In this document: positions 44,284-46,241 of the stretch, one piece after another
How the letters are laid out: each line of letters starts with the position of its first letter
Position numbering within the stretch: the stretch's first letter is position 1
DNA from: Gammaproteobacteria bacterium
GTDB taxonomy: Bacteria > Pseudomonadota > Gammaproteobacteria > SZUA-152
Direction: 5' to 3'
Assembly (NCBI GenBank): GCA_015487095.1
Contig: WFQM01000164.1
Coordinates: forward strand, 1-46,241
Length of the DNA: 46,241 bases
Translations under genes and position numbers: made by a program
The notes under the pieces: generated by a model
Databases searched by the model: none
Seen by the model: the letters and a program-made list of their open reading frames with translations, nothing else
Told to the model about the DNA's origin: nothing

Positions 44284-46241
44284 TTATTGTTTAACATTGT
44301 CTTTCAGTTTCTCCTTCATCTGTCCTAACAATTCCTGACCCAGCAAATCACCGGGATGCTCGCGTGCATCCACAAATTCACGAATGGTGTTGAAGCGTTT
44401 TACTGCTTCCGGGTTTTCTTTCAGTCTGGGGACTTTGTTTTTGGCGATATCAAATGCATCAAAACTGAGTTCGGTCATACCAAAACCTTTCATGCGTTGT
44501 ACCGCACGCATCATGGCGCGGTTGCGAAACCGGGTGAGGTCGCCGGAGCCGATAACTTCCAGTCCCTCGCGTCGGGCGTTAAACTCGGCCGCTTTTTTGA
44601 TACCGGCACGCACAAAATCAGGTGCGCTGGCAACACGTTTGGCGGCTTCCTGCGACCATTCCACACCGCCAGTGAAAACCTCCATGGCCTGTAATACATC
44701 CTGATCTGTCACCTGACGGGCACGACGTTTTTTGGTGACTTTTTCGGCTTCGGCCTCCAGTGCCGGCGTAACGAATAAACGGACTTCACGGGCTTTGCCT
44801 GCCAGACATTCCTTCACGGTTGCCTCGGCTTCGGCTGACCAGTCAAACTTGCGCTCCAGTTGATCTTCACTTTCCAGCCGGTCGAGCAATTTGATGTTGA
44901 CCTCAAGCCGTCCTTCGGCCCGTGCGATATCTTCGGCCACAGCCTGTACGCCTGCGGCCAAAAAAGCGGGCATGGTGGCCAGGCGCTCACGCGCCTCCTG
45001 ACTCCAGGGCAGGTTTTTACTGGCCTCATCAAAGGGTGAGTTTTCATGGCCAGGCATACCCGGTGGTCCTGCATCACCAAAACGCTTGGCGGCAAGAGCG
45101 GCCATGTGTTCGGTAGTTACCGCATGTTCGCCCAGTTCCTGCACATGGGCTTCGGCACGATTTTTCACCATCTTGCGCAGGAAGGAAGGCACACGTTGCA
45201 GGCGTTGTTCGGCCTCTGTGGTCCAGGTGATTTGGGAGGGGGTCTCTACTAATGGTTGGATCACATCTGCCCCTTGAGGCTGGTAACTGCACCAGGGGTC
45301 GGTATCCATGAGACTACCTCCCATCGCCAATGGTCGGGCACGACAGCCACCGCATAATTGCTGGTATTCGCACTGACCACATTTACCGTCAAGCTGAGGG
45401 TGTCGCAGAAGCCCGAAGGTTTTGGATTGTTCCCAGATATCCCAAAAAGCGGTTTGGCGAAGATTACCTTCACTGTCAGGAATATAGGGGCAGGCAGTAA
45501 CATCACCTTCCGGGGTGATGCGGCAATAATGAATACCTGCCAGACAGCCACCACCTTCATAACCTTCGGCCCGGGTGAGCATCGAACGGGCATCGTGCTC
45601 ATAGGCAATACGTTTGAAATGCGGTGCACAACGGGCGCGGATTAACAGTTCCTGATACTGGCTTTGCGCCTCCACCAGTTGATTCAATACCCGTTCGTAA
45701 GTAACAGGGCTGATATCCGACATGGACTCACCCCGTCCGGTGCAGATCAAAAAGAAGATGTTAAGTACCTTCGCACCACTGGCGTGAGCGAAATCAATCA
45801 TGGCGGGTATTTCACCGGCATTATTTTCAGTCACTGAAAAGTGAATCTGAAAAGGTAATTCAAAATGACGACAAGCCTCGATGCCTGCCAGGGTTTTTTC
45901 CCAGGCTCCGGTACGGCCCCGGAAACGGTCATGTTGCTCAGGGTCCAGTGAATCCACACTGATTCCCATGCCCAATGCACCCGCGAGCTTGAGGGATTGC
46001 ACCCGTTTTTCTGTGAGCATCATGCCGTTGGTGCCCACCACCATGGACAGGCCACGGCGGGTGCCGTGGTTAATCAGGCTTTCCAGGTCGGGGCGTAACA
46101 ATGGTTCGCCCCCCGTAAGCACCACCATGACCTCGGTGGTTTGTTCAGCGATTTGATCCAGTAACTGACAAACCTCTTCACGGGTTAATTCATCAGCGCT
46201 GCCATTTTGCAAAGTATCGGCATCAAGATAGCAGTGCGCAC
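44284..46241 (-). CDS. Radical-SAM/SPASM enzyme (NirJ/AhbD-like core) fused to four PCP_red-like repeats; N-terminus outside window
   Basis: In-frame codons upstream of the track's TTG read ..AHCYLDADT, the tail of a CxxxCxxC motif. Also VLTGGEPLL, and a SPASM region GGGCLAGIHYCRITPEGDVTACPYIP...CGQCEYQQLCGGCRARP...DPWC. Four W-x2-EA...P-x-F-[VL]-R...G repeats follow (nt 44515-45231), then a ~75-aa tail. Confidence 0.85.
   Translation of the reverse strand, partial: AHCYLDADTLQNGSADELTREEVCQLLDQIAEQTTEVMVVLTGGEPLLRPDLESLINHGTRRGLSMVVGTNGMMLTEKRVQSLKLAGALGMGISVDSLDPEQHDRFRGRTGAWEKTLAGIEACRHFELPFQIHFSVTENNAGEIPAMIDFAHASGAKVLNIFFLICTGRGESMSDISPVTYERVLNQLVEAQSQYQELLIRARCAPHFKRIAYEHDARSMLTRAEGYEGGGCLAGIHYCRITPEGDVTACPYIPDSEGNLRQTAFWDIWEQSKTFGLLRHPQLDGKCGQCEYQQLCGGCRARPLAMGGSLMDTDPWCSYQPQGADVIQPLVETPSQITWTTEAEQRLQRVPSFLRKMVKNRAEAHVQELGEHAVTTEHMAALAAKRFGDAGPPGMPGHENSPFDEASKNLPWSQEARERLATMPAFLAAGVQAVAEDIARAEGRLEVNIKLLDRLESEDQLERKFDWSAEAEATVKECLAGKAREVRLFVTPALEAEAEKVTKKRRARQVTDQDVLQAMEVFTGGVEWSQEAAKRVASAPDFVRAGIKKAAEFNARREGLEVIGSGDLTRFRNRAMMRAVQRMKGFGMTELSFDAFDIAKNKVPRLKENPEAVKRFNTIREFVDAREHPGDLLGQELLGQMKEKLKDNVKQ

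Noticed and set aside
44055-44297. 80-aa ORF (MLNNKHVGWGEVRTPT...) spanning the gap between the rSAM and PPOX-like genes.
   Set aside because: It is read straight through the REP palindromes. Its repeated peptide segments (VGWGEVRTPT / VGVRTSPQPT) are the translation of the inverted repeat arms.
1-46241. Scan for tRNA (T-arm GGTTCGAATCC-like), rRNA, CRISPR repeats, transposase, integrase or phage genes, and toxin-antitoxin or defence-system genes.
   Set aside because: I recognised none by eye. The only TTCGA-containing repeats (30418-30436, 30699-30717) lack acceptor and anticodon stem structure.

Overview
This window reads as a chromosomal segment from a flagellated, gammaproteobacterium-like organism. 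The flagellar gene order is of the Pseudomonas/Vibrio polar-flagellum type. The genus cannot be determined from the sequence alone.

**1 to 10.8 kb.** This part holds the mutL 3' end, an EF-P-like gene (yeiP/efpL), a TraB-family protein and a 750-aa PLD-family lipoprotein. A minus-strand operon follows: chemoreceptor, MauG/CCP-like di-haem peroxidase, amicyanin-like cupredoxin, di-haem cytochrome c. An Atm1-type ABC exporter closes the section.

**10.8 to 30.3 kb.** This is a flagellar island. It starts with a divergent maf(TPR)-legB-like-legC-like glycosylation operon and two tandem minimal flagellins (227 and 230 aa). These are followed by flaG-fliD-fliS-fliT, a PilZ-like ORF, fleQ-fleS-fleR and fliE-F-G-H-I.

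**30.3 to 33.2 kb.** The island stops abruptly after fliI, with no fliJ. The next 1.44 kb has no credible ORF. It contains a repeat-bracketed 262-bp segment, a 161-bp long-stem palindromic element and a tract of about 23% G+C. An orphan second di-haem peroxidase follows.

**33.2 to 46.2 kb (all minus strand).** This part holds a yciI-like gene, a DUF3592 protein and glnD. Upstream of these on the minus strand (37.3 to 46.2 kb) lies a tightly packed cluster. In minus-strand (5' to 3') order it contains:
- a radical-SAM/SPASM enzyme carrying four BchB-C-terminal-like (PCP_red) repeats
- REP/BIME-like palindromes
- a HemY/PPOX-like FAD oxidase
- a small membrane protein
- a Cache/PAS histidine kinase
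- a sigma54 response regulator
- moaA

I recognised no rRNA, tRNA, CRISPR array, transposase or phage gene.

**Best candidates for something undescribed:**
1. The rSAM-PCP_red / PPOX / two-component / moaA cluster.
2. The chemoreceptor-headed Mau-like redox operon that lacks a dehydrogenase.
3. The non-coding island at the flagellar synteny break.

All functional calls come from motif recognition by eye. No database search was run.
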